Translations under genes and position numbers: made by a program
Sequence record: MN850651.1
DNA length: 64,000 nucleotides
Strand: one strand, 5' to 3'
From: Escherichia phage moskry
Shown: one piece after another, positions 22,871-34,439 of the stretch
Numbering within the stretch: position 1 is the stretch's first letter
Layout of the letters: every line of letters begins with the position of its first letter
The notes under the pieces: generated by a model
Told to the model about the DNA's origin: nothing
What the model saw: the letters and a program-made list of their open reading frames with translations, nothing else
Databases searched by the model: none

Positions 22871-22887
22871 ATAGAAAAGGAGTAATT

Positions 22888-23640
22888 ATGGCTAATATAA
22901 TTCGTTGTAAATTACCGGATGGTGTTCATCGTTTTAAGCCGTTCACTGTGGCGGATTATAGAGACTTTTTACTAGTTAGAAATGATATCGAACATCGTTC
23001 GCCGCAAGAACAAAAAGAAATAATTGCTGATCTGATTGATGATTATTTTGGCGAGTACCCTAAAACATGGCAACCATTTATATTCCTGCAAGTTTTTGCA
23101 GGCTCTATAGGCAAAACAAAAGTTCCCGTTATTTTCACTTGCCCTAAATGCTCTAAAGAAAAAACTGCGCCATTTGAGATATATCAAAAAGAACTAGTCG
23201 AACCTGAACTTGATGTTGCTGGTATAAAAATACGGTTTTCTTTCCCTGAAAAGTTTTATGACAACAAGGCATTAATGATAAGTGAAAACATAAAAGAAAT
23301 ATACTATAATGATGAATGGTACCCATGGAATGATTTGACTGAAGAGAACCAAATCCAAGTAATAGAAGCAATAGACATTGACTCGCTCGAGAAGGTTATT
23401 GCTTCTATGAACCCTATTAATTTGACCCTTAGATTAGGTTGTTGTGAACGTCATGTTAAAACATATACCGATATCTTAGAGGTTTTTAAATTGTTAGTTA
23501 ACCCTGATGAGATTTTTACATTCTATCAGATAAACCATTCACTGGTAAAGAGTCAATACACATTGGATTCTATTATGCAAATGATTCCTGTTGAACGTGG
23601 TATTGCTTTAACATTAGTAGAAAAGGACCATAAAAAATGA
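22888..23640 (+). CDS. 51: Baseplate hub assembly catalyst gp51
   Basis: 250 aa; T4 gp51 249 aa; synteny 26/51/27. Confidence 0.9.
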   Translation: MANIIRCKLPDGVHRFKPFTVADYRDFLLVRNDIEHRSPQEQKEIIADLIDDYFGEYPKTWQPFIFLQVFAGSIGKTKVPVIFTCPKCSKEKTAPFEIYQKELVEPELDVAGIKIRFSFPEKFYDNKALMISENIKEIYYNDEWYPWNDLTEENQIQVIEAIDIDSLEKVIASMNPINLTLRLGCCERHVKTYTDILEVFKLLVNPDEIFTFYQINHSLVKSQYTLDSIMQMIPVERGIALTLVEKDHKK

Positions 23641-24809
23641 CAGTATTCCAACGTCCAGGATATCCTAACTTAAGCGTTAAATTATACCAAGATTATTCGG
23701 CTTGGCAAGAAAATAGATACGTTGAACTCGCAGCAACAATAACAACTTTAACCATGCGAGATTCGTTATATGGAAGAAATGAAGGGATTCTTCAATTTTA
23801 TGACACTAAAAACATCCACACTAAAATGGACGGTAGACAGATAGTTCAAATCTCTGTTTCAAATTCAAACACACCTCTCCAAGTTAGAACTCGAATTTAT
23901 GGATGCAAACATTATTCTGTGTCTGTGGACTCAAAAGGTGACAATATTATTGCAATTGAGCTTGGAACAATACATTCTATAGAGAACCTTAAATTTGGGC
24001 GGCCATTCTTCCCGGACGCAGGAGAATCTATACGTGAAATGTTAGGTGTCATATACAAAGACCGTGCGTTAATTACTCCGCCAATAAACACTATTAATGC
24101 TTATGTTCCTGATATCCCTTGGACAAGCACATTTGATGATTATTTGGCATATGTCAGAGAATTAGGACTTGCTACAGCGAGTGATAAGTTCGTATTCGTA
24201 TGGCAAGATATTTTAGGCGTAAACATGATTGACTATGATACTCTTATTGGTCAGGAAGGCATTAAGATGATTGTAGGTGAGCCAAATACCGTAGGTCAGT
24301 ATATTCAAGAGCTTGAGTATCCATTAGTATGGGATTTCACCTGGATGACTAAAGCCAACCAATTTACAAGAGACCCTATTAAAAACGCCACAATATTCGC
24401 CCATTCATTTTTAGATACATCTATTCCGGTTATTGTTACAGGCGATGGTGATAATGCTATTGTTGTGTCAAGATCCGGTGGATATTCCGAAATGACCTAT
24501 CGTAATGGATTTGAAGAAGCAAGTCGTCTTCAGACAATGGCTCAATATGACGGATATGCTAAATGCACTACTACAGGTAATTTTAACATAACGCCTGCTA
24601 CTAAAATTATATTTGTTGACCAAAAGAACCAATTCAAATCCGAATTTTACGTAGATGAAGTTATTCATGAGTTATCAAATAACAACTCACAAACTCATCT
24701 GTACATGTTTACCAACTCAATGGTGTTAGAACCTGTTAACCCAGTTAAGGTTAAAAATGAACTTAAATCTGATTCTACCTCTAAAGAAAATAATTCTACC
24801 ACAGTCTAA
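23637..24809 (+). CDS. 27: Baseplate hub protein gp27
   Basis: 390 aa; T4 gp27 391 aa. Confidence 0.93.
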   Translation: MTVFQRPGYPNLSVKLYQDYSAWQENRYVELAATITTLTMRDSLYGRNEGILQFYDTKNIHTKMDGRQIVQISVSNSNTPLQVRTRIYGCKHYSVSVDSKGDNIIAIELGTIHSIENLKFGRPFFPDAGESIREMLGVIYKDRALITPPINTINAYVPDIPWTSTFDDYLAYVRELGLATASDKFVFVWQDILGVNMIDYDTLIGQEGIKMIVGEPNTVGQYIQELEYPLVWDFTWMTKANQFTRDPIKNATIFAHSFLDTSIPVIVTGDGDNAIVVSRSGGYSEMTYRNGFEEASRLQTMAQYDGYAKCTTTGNFNITPATKIIFVDQKNQFKSEFYVDEVIHELSNNNSQTHLYMFTNSMVLEPVNPVKVKNELKSDSTSKENNSTTV

Positions 24810-25290
24810 TAAAAATGTAATGATTCCCAAATTAGGGCTAAAACATTATAATCTTTTAAAGGACGTTAAAGGTCCTGATGAAAACATGAAAATCTTAGCT
24901 GATTCTATTTGTAAAAATATGAGTCCTGCAGATTTTGATTTTGCATGTCTACACATATTGGAATTTAATAACAAACTTAAGTCTGAAGTTGAAAAAGACG
25001 GATTCACGTATAAACTAGATGACGTCTATGTATGCCAACGAACAGAATTCCAATTCCAAGGCAATACTTTTTATTTTAGACCTCCAGGCAAATTTGAACA
25101 ATTCGCTACAATCAGTGAAATGCTATCAAATTGCTTAATAAAAGTTAATGACGAAGAGAAAGAAATTTCTTTCCTTGAGATGCCTGCTTTTGTAATCAAA
25201 TGGGCAGAAGACCTTTCGACAACTATTGCTATTCCAGGCCCTAATGGCCCTATTAAGGGTATAGCAGAAATTATTGGATTGCTTGAATGA
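24757..25290 (+). CDS. 28: Baseplate hub distal subunit gp28
   Basis: 177 aa as in T4 gp28; ATG start overlapping 3' end of gene 27. Confidence 0.85.
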   Translation: MNLNLILPLKKIILPQSNKNVMIPKLGLKHYNLLKDVKGPDENMKILADSICKNMSPADFDFACLHILEFNNKLKSEVEKDGFTYKLDDVYVCQRTEFQFQGNTFYFRPPGKFEQFATISEMLSNCLIKVNDEEKEISFLEMPAFVIKWAEDLSTTIAIPGPNGPIKGIAEIIGLLE

Positions 25291-27059
25291 AACCTGAAGA
25301 AATGAAATCCATGCGTAGAAATAAGGTCATTGCCGATAATAAACCACAAAAAGTAGCTGCAACAGCAGCTACCGATTCATTAGAAGCATTGAATGACATT
25401 TCAACAAAACTAGACGATGTCCAAGCCGCGTCTGAACTCACATCACAAAGTGTAGAAGATAAAGGCAATGGAATTATTGAATCAATTGGAGACTTAAAGA
25501 ATTCGACAGATAATACTGCTGAAGGCACAGAGCTTATCGCAGAAGTTATTGAAAAACAAACTGAAGTCACTAAAAGTATAAACGAAGTTTCTAGTGCAAT
25601 AAGCTCTAAGTTAGACCGATTAGCTACATTATTAGAGCAAAAATTACAAACATCTACCGCTATTCAAAATACAGGAGGCACCTCTCTTGAAGTAATTGAG
25701 AACGCAATACCTGTTAAAGTGGTTGAGAATGAAACTTCTGATGAGTTGTTTAAAGCATTACCTACACCTGAAAAGATTGATAATAAGCCAGACGAAGATT
25801 TCTTCCCAGCCCCGGTTCAAGAAAGTGCTAATTCTACTTCCGATTCTAAAGGCGGAATTAGCTTTAAATTGAGCGATAAAATTGCAATGCTCACCAAAAC
25901 AGTTCAAACCGGGTTTAATAAATCAATATCAATTTCAGACAGAATTGCTGGAATGCTTTTCAAATACACTATAACGGCTGCTATTGAAGCAGCAAAAATG
26001 GCCGCACTTATTCTTGGTATTGTTATCGGTATTGATTTATTGATAGTCCATTTCAAATATTGGACAGACAAGTTCACTTCTGCCTGGGATTTATTTGATG
26101 AAAACTTTACTAAATTCTCCGATGAAGCTAAAGAGTGGGGTAAATTCTTAAGTGATATATTCACTTCTATTGACTCGATAAAACAAATGTGGGAAGCTGG
26201 AGACTGGGGTGGTTTAACCGTTGCTATTGTCAAAGGTGTAGGAACAGCATTAATGAACTTAGGTGAACTAATTCAATTAGGAATGGCTAAACTCTCCGCG
26301 TCTATATTGCGTGCTATAGGTTTTGGTGATACCGCGGACGAAATAGAAGGACGTGCTTTGGAAGGATTCCAAGAAACTACTGGGAACAAATTAAAGAAAG
26401 AAGACCAAGAGAAAGTCGCTAAATATCAAATGAAGCGTGACGATGGGGAATTAGGAACCGTTTCTAAAGGTCTTGATATGTTACAACGCGGCAAAACATT
26501 CGTTACTAACTGGGTTCGTGGTAATGACAATAAAGAAGAGTTTAGTACAAGTGATGAGCGTGCTGCGGAATCAGCAAAATTAAAAGAGTTACCTGAAGAG
26601 GAGCGTAAAGAGGCGTATATAAAAGCTAATGAAACTCGTGCGGCACTGGTTAGATTTGAGGATTATATCGATAAAATCGATATGACTAATCCAGAAAATG
26701 CTAAAAACGTCGAGAAGTCTTATGCTGATTTAAGTAAACTTATTAAAGACCCTGAACTTAATAAAACTCCTGTTGTTAAAAAGGAAATAGATGCTAGATT
26801 TGAAAAGCTAAATAATAAAATGGCTGAAGCCAAAAAGGCTCAGACAACAGTTAAGCCTGAATCTTCGACTAAATCTCCGGAAGCAAAACAAGTTCAGTCA
26901 ATAGAGAAAGGACGTGCTTCTGAATCTAAACAACAGCAACCGGTAACGGCGATTAGTAACACAAATAATGTCGTCAAAAAGAATACCGTAGTCCAGAATA
27001 TGACCCCTGTAACAAGTACAACGGCTCCTGGAATTTTCCATGCCACCGGTGTTAATTAA
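25287..27059 (+). CDS. 29: Tail tube length tape-measure / baseplate hub protein gp29
   Basis: 590 aa, same length as T4 gp29; internal hydrophobic segment. Confidence 0.92.
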   Translation: MKPEEMKSMRRNKVIADNKPQKVAATAATDSLEALNDISTKLDDVQAASELTSQSVEDKGNGIIESIGDLKNSTDNTAEGTELIAEVIEKQTEVTKSINEVSSAISSKLDRLATLLEQKLQTSTAIQNTGGTSLEVIENAIPVKVVENETSDELFKALPTPEKIDNKPDEDFFPAPVQESANSTSDSKGGISFKLSDKIAMLTKTVQTGFNKSISISDRIAGMLFKYTITAAIEAAKMAALILGIVIGIDLLIVHFKYWTDKFTSAWDLFDENFTKFSDEAKEWGKFLSDIFTSIDSIKQMWEAGDWGGLTVAIVKGVGTALMNLGELIQLGMAKLSASILRAIGFGDTADEIEGRALEGFQETTGNKLKKEDQEKVAKYQMKRDDGELGTVSKGLDMLQRGKTFVTNWVRGNDNKEEFSTSDERAAESAKLKELPEEERKEAYIKANETRAALVRFEDYIDKIDMTNPENAKNVEKSYADLSKLIKDPELNKTPVVKKEIDARFEKLNNKMAEAKKAQTTVKPESSTKSPEAKQVQSIEKGRASESKQQQPVTAISNTNNVVKKNTVVQNMTPVTSTTAPGIFHATGVN

Positions 27060-27067
27060 GGATTATT

Positions 27068-28177
27068 ATGATTAGTGTAAAAGAAATAGTAGTAGATGCA
27101 AAGGATTTAAATAAAGCAATCCCAGTCTCAGAAAGTGCTGGGCAAAGCACTAAAACCGAAACAACTACTAAAACTTATGTTGCTCAATTTCCTACAGGAA
27201 GAGCAGCCGGAAATGACTCCACAGGAGACTTCCAGGTAACAGACCTTTATAAGAACGGATTATTATTTACCGCGTACAATATGTCTGCACGCGATTCAGG
27301 ATCCCTCAGGAATTTACGTCCGGCGTATGCCGGAACTTCATCTAATGGTATCATATCAGATTTAACTGATAATGTGAAAGATGCAGTGACTAAATTCTCT
27401 AATGGGTTGCTTCCTGCCGGAGCTAATAAATCTACTATAAATAAAACTCCTGTTGCTAATATACTTTTGCCACGTTCCAAATCTGACGTTGATACAACTT
27501 CACATCGTTTTAATGATATCGGTGATAGCCTTATTACTAAAGGTGGAGGTACTGCTACAGGTGTTTTAAGTAACATTGCTTCTACTGCAGTCTTTGGTGC
27601 ATTAGATTCTATTACTCAAGGGCTTATGGCTGATAACAACGAACAGATTTATACGACTTCTCGTAGTATGTATGGCGGTGCTGAGAACCGTACTAAAGTC
27701 TTTACATGGGATTTAACTCCACGTTCGACTGAAGACCTTATGGCTATTATAAACATTTACCAGTATTTTAACTATTTCTCATATGGCGAGACCGGTAAAT
27801 CACAGTACGCCCAAGAGATTAAAAGTTATTTAGACGAATGGTACCGTTCAACGTTTATTGAGCCTATGACGCCAGATGATGCAGTAAAAAATAAGACATT
27901 GTTTGAAAAGATTACTGCGTCATTAACAAACGTATTAGTTGTAAGCAACCCTACAATTTGGATGGTTAAAAACTTTGGTTATACATCTAAATTTGATGGA
28001 TTAACTGACGTATTTGGCCCATGTCAAATTCAAAGCGTACGTTTTGATAAAACTCCAAATGGACAATTTAATGGTCTCGCTGTTGCTCCTAACTTACCAT
28101 CAACATTTACGTTAGAGATAACAATGCGAGAAATTATTACATTAAACCGTTCTTCACTTTATGCGGGGACTTTCTAA
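27068..28177 (+). CDS. 48: Baseplate tail tube cap gp48
   Basis: 369 aa; T4 gp48 364 aa; synteny. Confidence 0.9.
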   Translation: MISVKEIVVDAKDLNKAIPVSESAGQSTKTETTTKTYVAQFPTGRAAGNDSTGDFQVTDLYKNGLLFTAYNMSARDSGSLRNLRPAYAGTSSNGIISDLTDNVKDAVTKFSNGLLPAGANKSTINKTPVANILLPRSKSDVDTTSHRFNDIGDSLITKGGGTATGVLSNIASTAVFGALDSITQGLMADNNEQIYTTSRSMYGGAENRTKVFTWDLTPRSTEDLMAIINIYQYFNYFSYGETGKSQYAQEIKSYLDEWYRSTFIEPMTPDDAVKNKTLFEKITASLTNVLVVSNPTIWMVKNFGYTSKFDGLTDVFGPCQIQSVRFDKTPNGQFNGLAVAPNLPSTFTLEITMREIITLNRSSLYAGTF

Positions 28178-29139
28178 TGTACTCTTTAGAAGAATTTAAT
28201 AACCACGCTATAAATGCGGATTTCCAACGAAACAATATGTTTAGTTGTGTATTTGCTACTACCCCATCGACTAAATCATCTTCACTAATTTCGTCAATTG
28301 GTAGTTTTGCTTATAATAACTTAGGGTTGGATTCAGATTGGCTAGGATTGTCTCAAGGTGATATCAATCAGGGCGTAACAACCCTGATTACAGCAGGAAC
28401 ACAGAAATTAATTCGAAAATCGGGTGCAAGTAAATATCTGATTGGAGCAATGAGTCAACGTACGGTACAAAGCTTGTTAGGTGAGTTCACAGTAGGAACT
28501 TATCTGATAGACTTCTTCAATATGGCATATAATAATACAGGTTTAATGATTTATTCTGTAAAAATGCCTGAGAACCGATTATCTTATGAAACGGATTTCA
28601 ACTATAACTCCCCGAACATCCGAATTACCGGTCGTGAAATGGACCCGTTAGTAATAAGCTTTAGAATGGATTCCGAAGCATCTAACTTTAGAGCAATGCA
28701 AGACTGGGTAAACTCAGTCCAAGACCCTGTAACAGGTCTTCGTGCTTTACCACAAGACGTCGAAGCAGATATTCAGGTTAATTTACACGCACGAAATGGT
28801 TTACCACATACCGCTGTCATGTTCACAGGATGTATTCCTGTTAGTGTCTCTTCTCCTGAGTTAACGTATGATGGTGATAATCAGATAACAGTTTTTGATG
28901 TAACATTTGCTTATCGCGTTATGCAATCAGGTGCTGTAAATAGACAGGCTGCTTTAGAATGGCTGGAATCAGGACTTATTAGTAGTGTTTCAGGAATGTT
29001 TGGAAATAATCAGAATGATTCTGGACTAGGAAGTGTAGTATCAAGACTTTCTAGATTAGGTGGGACTGCTGGTGGTGTGTCTAATATAAACACATTGACA
29101 GGTGTGGTGAATTCTGCGTCAAGAGTTTTAGGACTATAA
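28177..29139 (+). CDS. 54: Baseplate tail tube initiator gp54
   Basis: 320 aa as in T4 gp54. Confidence 0.92.
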   Translation: MYSLEEFNNHAINADFQRNNMFSCVFATTPSTKSSSLISSIGSFAYNNLGLDSDWLGLSQGDINQGVTTLITAGTQKLIRKSGASKYLIGAMSQRTVQSLLGEFTVGTYLIDFFNMAYNNTGLMIYSVKMPENRLSYETDFNYNSPNIRITGREMDPLVISFRMDSEASNFRAMQDWVNSVQDPVTGLRALPQDVEADIQVNLHARNGLPHTAVMFTGCIPVSVSSPELTYDGDNQITVFDVTFAYRVMQSGAVNRQAALEWLESGLISSVSGMFGNNQNDSGLGSVVSRLSRLGGTAGGVSNINTLTGVVNSASRVLGL

Positions 29140-29145
29140 GAAAAA

Positions 29146-29163
29146 GGGAGACAACGTCTCCCT
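29146..29163. terminator. Bidirectional terminator between gene 54 (+) and the alt-region genes (-)
   Basis: AAAAA-GGGAGAC-aacg-GTCTCCC-TTTA. Confidence 0.7.
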
Positions 29164-29171
29164 TTATGGGT

Positions 29172-29465
29172 TTATTTACGGAATGAAAGGAATGCTGGTG
29201 CTCGGAATGGAGTATCATCTTTAGAGTATTTAACTAATACGACCATTGGTACCTCTGTTTCTAAATGACCTGTCACTACACCGATAAAAATTTGATCAGT
29301 GTGCTCAGGGTCACGAAAGTTTTTAAGAGGTTCCATAGCAATATGGAATGCACCTGGGAATACTCGATTCAATTCGTCAATCACAGCTTCGTTAAAAGCA
29401 TCATCCGCTGGGATAGCATCTTCAACTACTAGTTCTTGACCATTAAAGCGAAGCATAGATTTCAT
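29172..29465 (-). CDS. Hypothetical early protein (alt.-1 region)
   Basis: Track ORF starts with TTG at 29537 overlapping alt; in-frame ATG at 29465 has GAGGAAAA SD and lies just downstream of an early-type promoter; about 97 aa. Confidence 0.65.
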   Translation of the reverse strand: MKSMLRFNGQELVVEDAIPADDAFNEAVIDELNRVFPGAFHIAMEPLKNFRDPEHTDQIFIGVVTGHLETEVPMVVLVKYSKDDTPFRAPAFLSFRK

Positions 29466-29492
29466 AACGTTTTCCTCATGTTGTTGATGGGA

Positions 29493-29524
29493 TGATAGTA
29501 TCACACATCCATGTGTTTGTAAAC
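29493..29524 (-). promoter_or_regulatory. Early-type promoter upstream of the alt.-1-like gene
   Basis: GTTTAC-N18-TACTATC on minus strand, overlapping the 3' end of alt. Confidence 0.55.
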
Positions 29525-31611
29525 TATCCTTGGACAAATTTAAACGGAACTGATTCTAAATCCATTAAAGATGCTAACAATTTCAATCCTTTAGGTGCAC
29601 TAGTTTTTTCTACAAATGAAGAGAACGATACCGGCTCATCCGATTCGATTTCACCCGTCATAGCAACCACCTCGCCTGTTTCCATGAGAACATCACCATC
29701 ATAAATGACAGCTTCGTCCAACTGGTCCGAGGACATGACTTCAGCTTGAATAAATTTAAGGTTGGATTCTAAACCTGCACCAGTGTCAGATGACGCATCT
29801 GTAATTTTATTTATTTGCAAGAGAATGCCTCTAGGCAAAATAATTTCTTGCTCATTAGGGTGATTACTCAACTGTCCTGGATAAATCACGTTAACTTTAT
29901 GAGCGCCATCAATAGCCCATCCAACGTTAACACGGATTTGTTCTGGCGCATGCATAGCTGTTCTTACTTGACTAGGAGAAATAGTAACACCTTCATCATT
30001 ATTGTCAATGTTAAGCTCTTTGCGAACTTCTTCAGGAGCAAGTCCAAGGGCAACGTTCTCTTTAAACCCACCGAAAATAATAGGAGCTAGTGAAGTGGAA
30101 ACATAGTTTCTGAAGTAGAATACCTTATTTTTAACCATTGCTTCGTAAATAGGCATTCTGATAGACTGAGCTCTATATAACGTTAGTCCTTCAGGTAAAC
30201 GGTCTCCATTTAAAAACGCTGAATCAAGACCATCGATAGCGCGTTTAACTTCATCTTCATCTGCAACATCGTAAAAATCTGGTTTATAACGACCTAACAA
30301 CATATTATTGATATCGGTATACGCAGAAGAGGCATATTCGCGAATAGCTCGTTTTTCAGCAACAGAGTATTGTTTAGGGTCCCGATTCATTGTTATATTA
30401 AAGGTGCCTCTAGCCGATTCTCGTGCATAAGTATACATCACATTAGACAAGAACGCTGATTTACGTTGTTTCCAAGTTTTTTCAGATACTTCAGCTAAAA
30501 CGTCGTCAGCCAGTTGGAAATTATCTCGTCTAAAATCTTCAAACCATTCGTCTTTAATAGAGTCTGCAATTTCATTTGCAGCTTCAACAAAAGCAGCTAA
30601 TGCTTTAACAGATGTTGTTTTTTCAGTTTTAATTTTCTTAGCAAACTTTTCTAAAGTTGGCTTAATAACACTACCATAAGAAACTTCATCGGCAAATCTA
30701 AAGGATTCATCAATACGATTATAAATCTTATTTTCGATATCAGCAACTAAAGTGCCTTTTGCTGTGGACGATGCTTGGGCTAGTACGATTTCATATGCTT
30801 CAGGAAGTAATTCGGCTGTAGCTGGGCCACTAACTTCTTTAGCAGAATTTTCGTATTTCTGGAATAACTCGCCTTCTTGGCGGTCAGCTTCTAAAGATTG
30901 ACTTGCTGCAATAGCACGACGAGAAATTTTGGTGCGAGCAATAACCGGCTTATCTTTACGTTTTTCTTCTACCGCGGCAATAGAACCAGCGATAGCCGTT
31001 TCTTTGGTGACCTTTTCACCGGTCTTTTTACTCACATAAACTTCGCCAACATCAGAATCTACTTTCGTGTACAACTCTGTGTTAATGTTAGGGATGCCTT
31101 TAATATCCTCAATGTTGGCATTTTTACGAACCATCATCACATAGGTGTGTTTACCTGTGAATTGATACATTGCCGACAATACTTTAAAACGACCACCGGT
31201 TTTAGTAGAAACTAAACGAGCAAGAAGAGTTTGAAGTTGTTGTCCGCGTCCTTTCAATTTCTTGGTAGGGAATCGGAACAGAACTGCATCCATACGAAGA
31301 GCTTTAACCTGTTCATATACTGTATTGAAAATGGTGTTGATTGCATCAATAGGAGCAGGACCAAGGCCGTTTTTCAATTCAGCGAGATTACCCTTTTCAG
31401 ACAGACTCATAATAACAACATGAGCGTATTTGTCGCCAAGTTTAACTTGTTTTACAGCGTCGCCTTCGGAAAGGTAAGAGAATAAACGAACTACAATATT
31501 TGTATCAACATCACCAATTTTCCAGACTTGTGGAACTTTAGCTTTAGGGTTCAAATTGACGACAGGAAGACTGCCTTCAGATTCAAACACTTCATTTAAT
31601 TGTTCAGACAT
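29524..31611 (-). CDS. alt: Alt ADP-ribosyltransferase (packaged, modifies host RNA polymerase)
   Basis: 695 aa; T4 Alt 682 aa; position between 54 and 30 on minus strand. Confidence 0.9.
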   Translation of the reverse strand: MSEQLNEVFESEGSLPVVNLNPKAKVPQVWKIGDVDTNIVVRLFSYLSEGDAVKQVKLGDKYAHVVIMSLSEKGNLAELKNGLGPAPIDAINTIFNTVYEQVKALRMDAVLFRFPTKKLKGRGQQLQTLLARLVSTKTGGRFKVLSAMYQFTGKHTYVMMVRKNANIEDIKGIPNINTELYTKVDSDVGEVYVSKKTGEKVTKETAIAGSIAAVEEKRKDKPVIARTKISRRAIAASQSLEADRQEGELFQKYENSAKEVSGPATAELLPEAYEIVLAQASSTAKGTLVADIENKIYNRIDESFRFADEVSYGSVIKPTLEKFAKKIKTEKTTSVKALAAFVEAANEIADSIKDEWFEDFRRDNFQLADDVLAEVSEKTWKQRKSAFLSNVMYTYARESARGTFNITMNRDPKQYSVAEKRAIREYASSAYTDINNMLLGRYKPDFYDVADEDEVKRAIDGLDSAFLNGDRLPEGLTLYRAQSIRMPIYEAMVKNKVFYFRNYVSTSLAPIIFGGFKENVALGLAPEEVRKELNIDNNDEGVTISPSQVRTAMHAPEQIRVNVGWAIDGAHKVNVIYPGQLSNHPNEQEIILPRGILLQINKITDASSDTGAGLESNLKFIQAEVMSSDQLDEAVIYDGDVLMETGEVVAMTGEIESDEPVSFSSFVEKTSAPKGLKLLASLMDLESVPFKFVQG

Positions 31612-31650
31612 AGAGTTTTCCTTTTAGTAATAATTTATATTTATGCCAAA

Positions 31651-31668
31651 AAGAGCCCGAAGGCTCTT
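31651..31668 (-). terminator. Terminator hairpin overlapping the alt.1 stop
   Basis: Minus sense AAGAGCC-UUCG-GGCUCUU followed by UUUUGGC. Confidence 0.65.
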
Positions 31669-31876
31669 AATCCACAATCGGGAGCAAAGTACGATAAACT
31701 TCAAAATTAGGGCCTTTTTCGTACGTATCAAAATTGTCCATAAAAATATTATAGGAATCGTTATTAGGAAAATCTAATATAATCTGAGAGCAAGAGGTGG
31801 AAACATCACCACCGTCTTTATTAGCGACAACTACTGTTTCTAAATAAGCTTTCATTATAAACCTGTCTGGGACCAC
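31667..31876 (-). CDS. Hypothetical protein (alt.1 position)
   Basis: 69 aa ORF between ligase and alt; start codon appears to be GTG. Confidence 0.6.
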   Translation of the reverse strand: MVPDRFIMKAYLETVVVANKDGGDVSTSCSQIILDFPNNDSYNIFMDNFDTYEKGPNFEVYRTLLPIVD

Positions 31877-33348
31877 GGTCCAAATACGTCTTCAAATGAA
31901 TCCGCTTCTGTTTTATCAAAACGGAACCCTTTAATAATTGGAAGGAAAATACCTACAGTACCTTCACGGCCTTTAGAATGAACCCAACCGTTACATTCAC
32001 AATCAGCGATACGTCCAATTAATTTACCTTCACGAGCTTCGGTCATTAATCGTTCACGGTCTAAATCATGACGCTCGTCTAAAGGAATAAGAACCTTTAC
32101 ACCGTCAACTGTTTTATGAGTTGTATCTTTAAAACCTGAACCACAATCGGTTGTAATACGACGACAACGTGATACGAGTTCGACACCACCTAATTTGTTA
32201 GGGTCTTTAGAGTGTTCATAGTATCCTACAACTTCTAAAGCGATATCAATAACTTCTTTAAATTTAATTAGGTTCTTAGAGCGTTTGTTTTCCCAATATG
32301 AATCACGGTTTTTAAGGATAATACCTTCAAGACCTTGGTCAACATATTTTTTATAAACCACTTTAGCTTCGTCAAGATTACGAACTAACTGATTTTCAAT
32401 TGGCTCAATTCGCTTAAAGCCTTCAGCCATATTTTCAAGAGCAGCAAAACGAACATCGTATTTCTGACCTTTAATTTTGCCATCAGAATAGACTTCATCT
32501 AAAGGAACATAGTCCCAGGCTTGAAGAACCATACCTTCCGCTTCTTTAGGAGAAATAGTCCCTTGAAGAGATTTATTTGCTAAACCATTTGAAGTGCTAC
32601 GGTCTGCAACCTGTACTTCTTCGGATTCTTCATTATCACCAAATAAGAACGACAGGTCATTTCCTGAGCTCACGGCCTTTTTAATATCAAATGAATGATA
32701 AACTAATTCACCGTCGATTAAAACCCCATTAGGGTGTCTTTCACGAGCTTCTTTAGTCATTTCCATTAGTTCATCCGCTAATAGAGTAAGACCATGGTAT
32801 TCATTACCAGCACGAGAAAAGAATTGAACACCATCATCGCGAACTTCAGCGAAACAACGAGCACCATCGGCTTTTAATTGAGCAAATGCAGGCCATTTAA
32901 TATTTTTAGTAATCAATTTCTCATCATATGCAGATGCTAACATCTGTGGTTGCAATTGAATAAGACCAGGCCATACCTTATTCGCGATAGACACTGAAGC
33001 ACCTACTTCAAGGTCTCGCATCATTACACGGCGTAGTACTTCAACATCATCAGGTTTACCGTCGGCGATATAACCCATGAGCTCTTTAATTGCTGCATTA
33101 CCAGTGAGTTTACGAGTGGCCAATGTGAACTCAATAAAATCCAACATGTCATCTAATTCAAGAAGGCCATACGCTTGAGACCTTTCACCTGGCCCAGGCC
33201 ATTTCTTAATATAATACTGAATGCCACGTGCATACGTTAAACGATATACACGTTCAAGTAATTTGTTGTCCTTATTTTTCTTAAGGATTTCCTGTTTTGT
33301 TTTAGTAGAACCGATCGCAGCTATTTGGTTTAAAATATCTAAAATCAT
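31855..33348 (-). CDS. 30: ATP-dependent DNA ligase gp30
   Basis: 497 aa; adenylation motif KADGARC; T4 ligase 487 aa. Confidence 0.96.
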   Translation of the reverse strand: MILDILNQIAAIGSTKTKQEILKKNKDNKLLERVYRLTYARGIQYYIKKWPGPGERSQAYGLLELDDMLDFIEFTLATRKLTGNAAIKELMGYIADGKPDDVEVLRRVMMRDLEVGASVSIANKVWPGLIQLQPQMLASAYDEKLITKNIKWPAFAQLKADGARCFAEVRDDGVQFFSRAGNEYHGLTLLADELMEMTKEARERHPNGVLIDGELVYHSFDIKKAVSSGNDLSFLFGDNEESEEVQVADRSTSNGLANKSLQGTISPKEAEGMVLQAWDYVPLDEVYSDGKIKGQKYDVRFAALENMAEGFKRIEPIENQLVRNLDEAKVVYKKYVDQGLEGIILKNRDSYWENKRSKNLIKFKEVIDIALEVVGYYEHSKDPNKLGGVELVSRCRRITTDCGSGFKDTTHKTVDGVKVLIPLDERHDLDRERLMTEAREGKLIGRIADCECNGWVHSKGREGTVGIFLPIIKGFRFDKTEADSFEDVFGPWSQTGL

Positions 33349-33614
33349 TTGATATCCTCGATTTTGGTTACGGTTCTATTATAAGCCACTTCATCTAGAA
33401 GCGATTTCAGCGTTTTCTGATAAGTGGTAATCCATTTACCGAGTCCTTCAACATAATATTCTGAAATGTAGATGAACCCTTGTTCAACACACTCTTTAAA
33501 TATTTCTGCGTCTTTTACTGAACGAAACACCGGCCAGTCTCGAAAGAACATGTTAACATGACCGTAGTCACGCGTTGTGTTTTTGCCATCTGTAATATCA
33601 TGAACTACAAACAT
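33345..33614 (-). CDS. Hypothetical protein (30.1 position)
   Basis: 89 aa ORF, start overlaps upstream gene stop. Confidence 0.7.
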   Translation of the reverse strand: MFVVHDITDGKNTTRDYGHVNMFFRDWPVFRSVKDAEIFKECVEQGFIYISEYYVEGLGKWITTYQKTLKSLLDEVAYNRTVTKIEDIK

Positions 33615-33623
33615 AATTAGCCC

Positions 33624-34439
33624 TTAACAATTTATAGACCAAGTCCATTTAGACGAATCTAAAGGAAAGTTTTGAATCGTCCACCATGGCTGCATATCGG
33701 TTGGTCCTGGGGTTCGCCAGGTATACGGATTCGACGGAGCGCCGATTTGATTAGGCCATGCGCCTGGACTTGTTGCACCAGATTCTTTAAGCAAATCTGC
33801 CAATCGTTTTAAAAGGTCTTCACGATCTGAATCTGAATTATGCTCTGGCGGAACCAATCGAGATTCAATATCATCCCACGTGTGTACACGTTGTGCAGTA
33901 CGAGGAATGGCATCACGTTCACCACGAGCCAACCAATAAATTGGTACATTAAGAATTTCTGCTGCATGGTCACAGTGATGAGCTAAATCGTCAACGTAAC
34001 AAATCACGTTATATTTTGTTTTAGCTAGTTCAAATAATTGTTCCTTTGAAGAATCATGACCACACATCATTACTTCAGAGAAAGCGCCTGGGAACAAAGC
34101 ATTCAAATTAAATTGTCTATTCAATCTAGCATCAATTGAATCACCTAGCGCCGTCACGGCTACAAAATTATAGTCTTCTTTTAGTTTATTGATAACTCGA
34201 AGAGCATCCGAATAAGGCGCTAAGTAACGAATAAAATCAGAGCTATTATATTTTTCTATTAATTGTTTACCAAGGTTATCGTCGGTATTGAACAGTTTAC
34301 CAGGAGAAATAAATTTTTCGTCCTGAATCATTTTTAAAATATGTTCTAATGGAAGATTATATTTTTGGGCAAAATAAGGAAGTCCAGATTGCCAGCTTAA
34401 ACATACACCATCAATATCAGTCAAAATAGTAGGCTTCAT
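33624..34439 (-). CDS. HAD-superfamily hydrolase-like protein (30.2 position)
   Basis: 271 aa; N-terminal DIDGV matches HAD motif I (DxDG[TV]); Trp-rich C-terminal tail; stop overlaps gene 30. Confidence 0.7.
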   Translation of the reverse strand: MKPTILTDIDGVCLSWQSGLPYFAQKYNLPLEHILKMIQDEKFISPGKLFNTDDNLGKQLIEKYNSSDFIRYLAPYSDALRVINKLKEDYNFVAVTALGDSIDARLNRQFNLNALFPGAFSEVMMCGHDSSKEQLFELAKTKYNVICYVDDLAHHCDHAAEILNVPIYWLARGERDAIPRTAQRVHTWDDIESRLVPPEHNSDSDREDLLKRLADLLKESGATSPGAWPNQIGAPSNPYTWRTPGPTDMQPWWTIQNFPLDSSKWTWSINC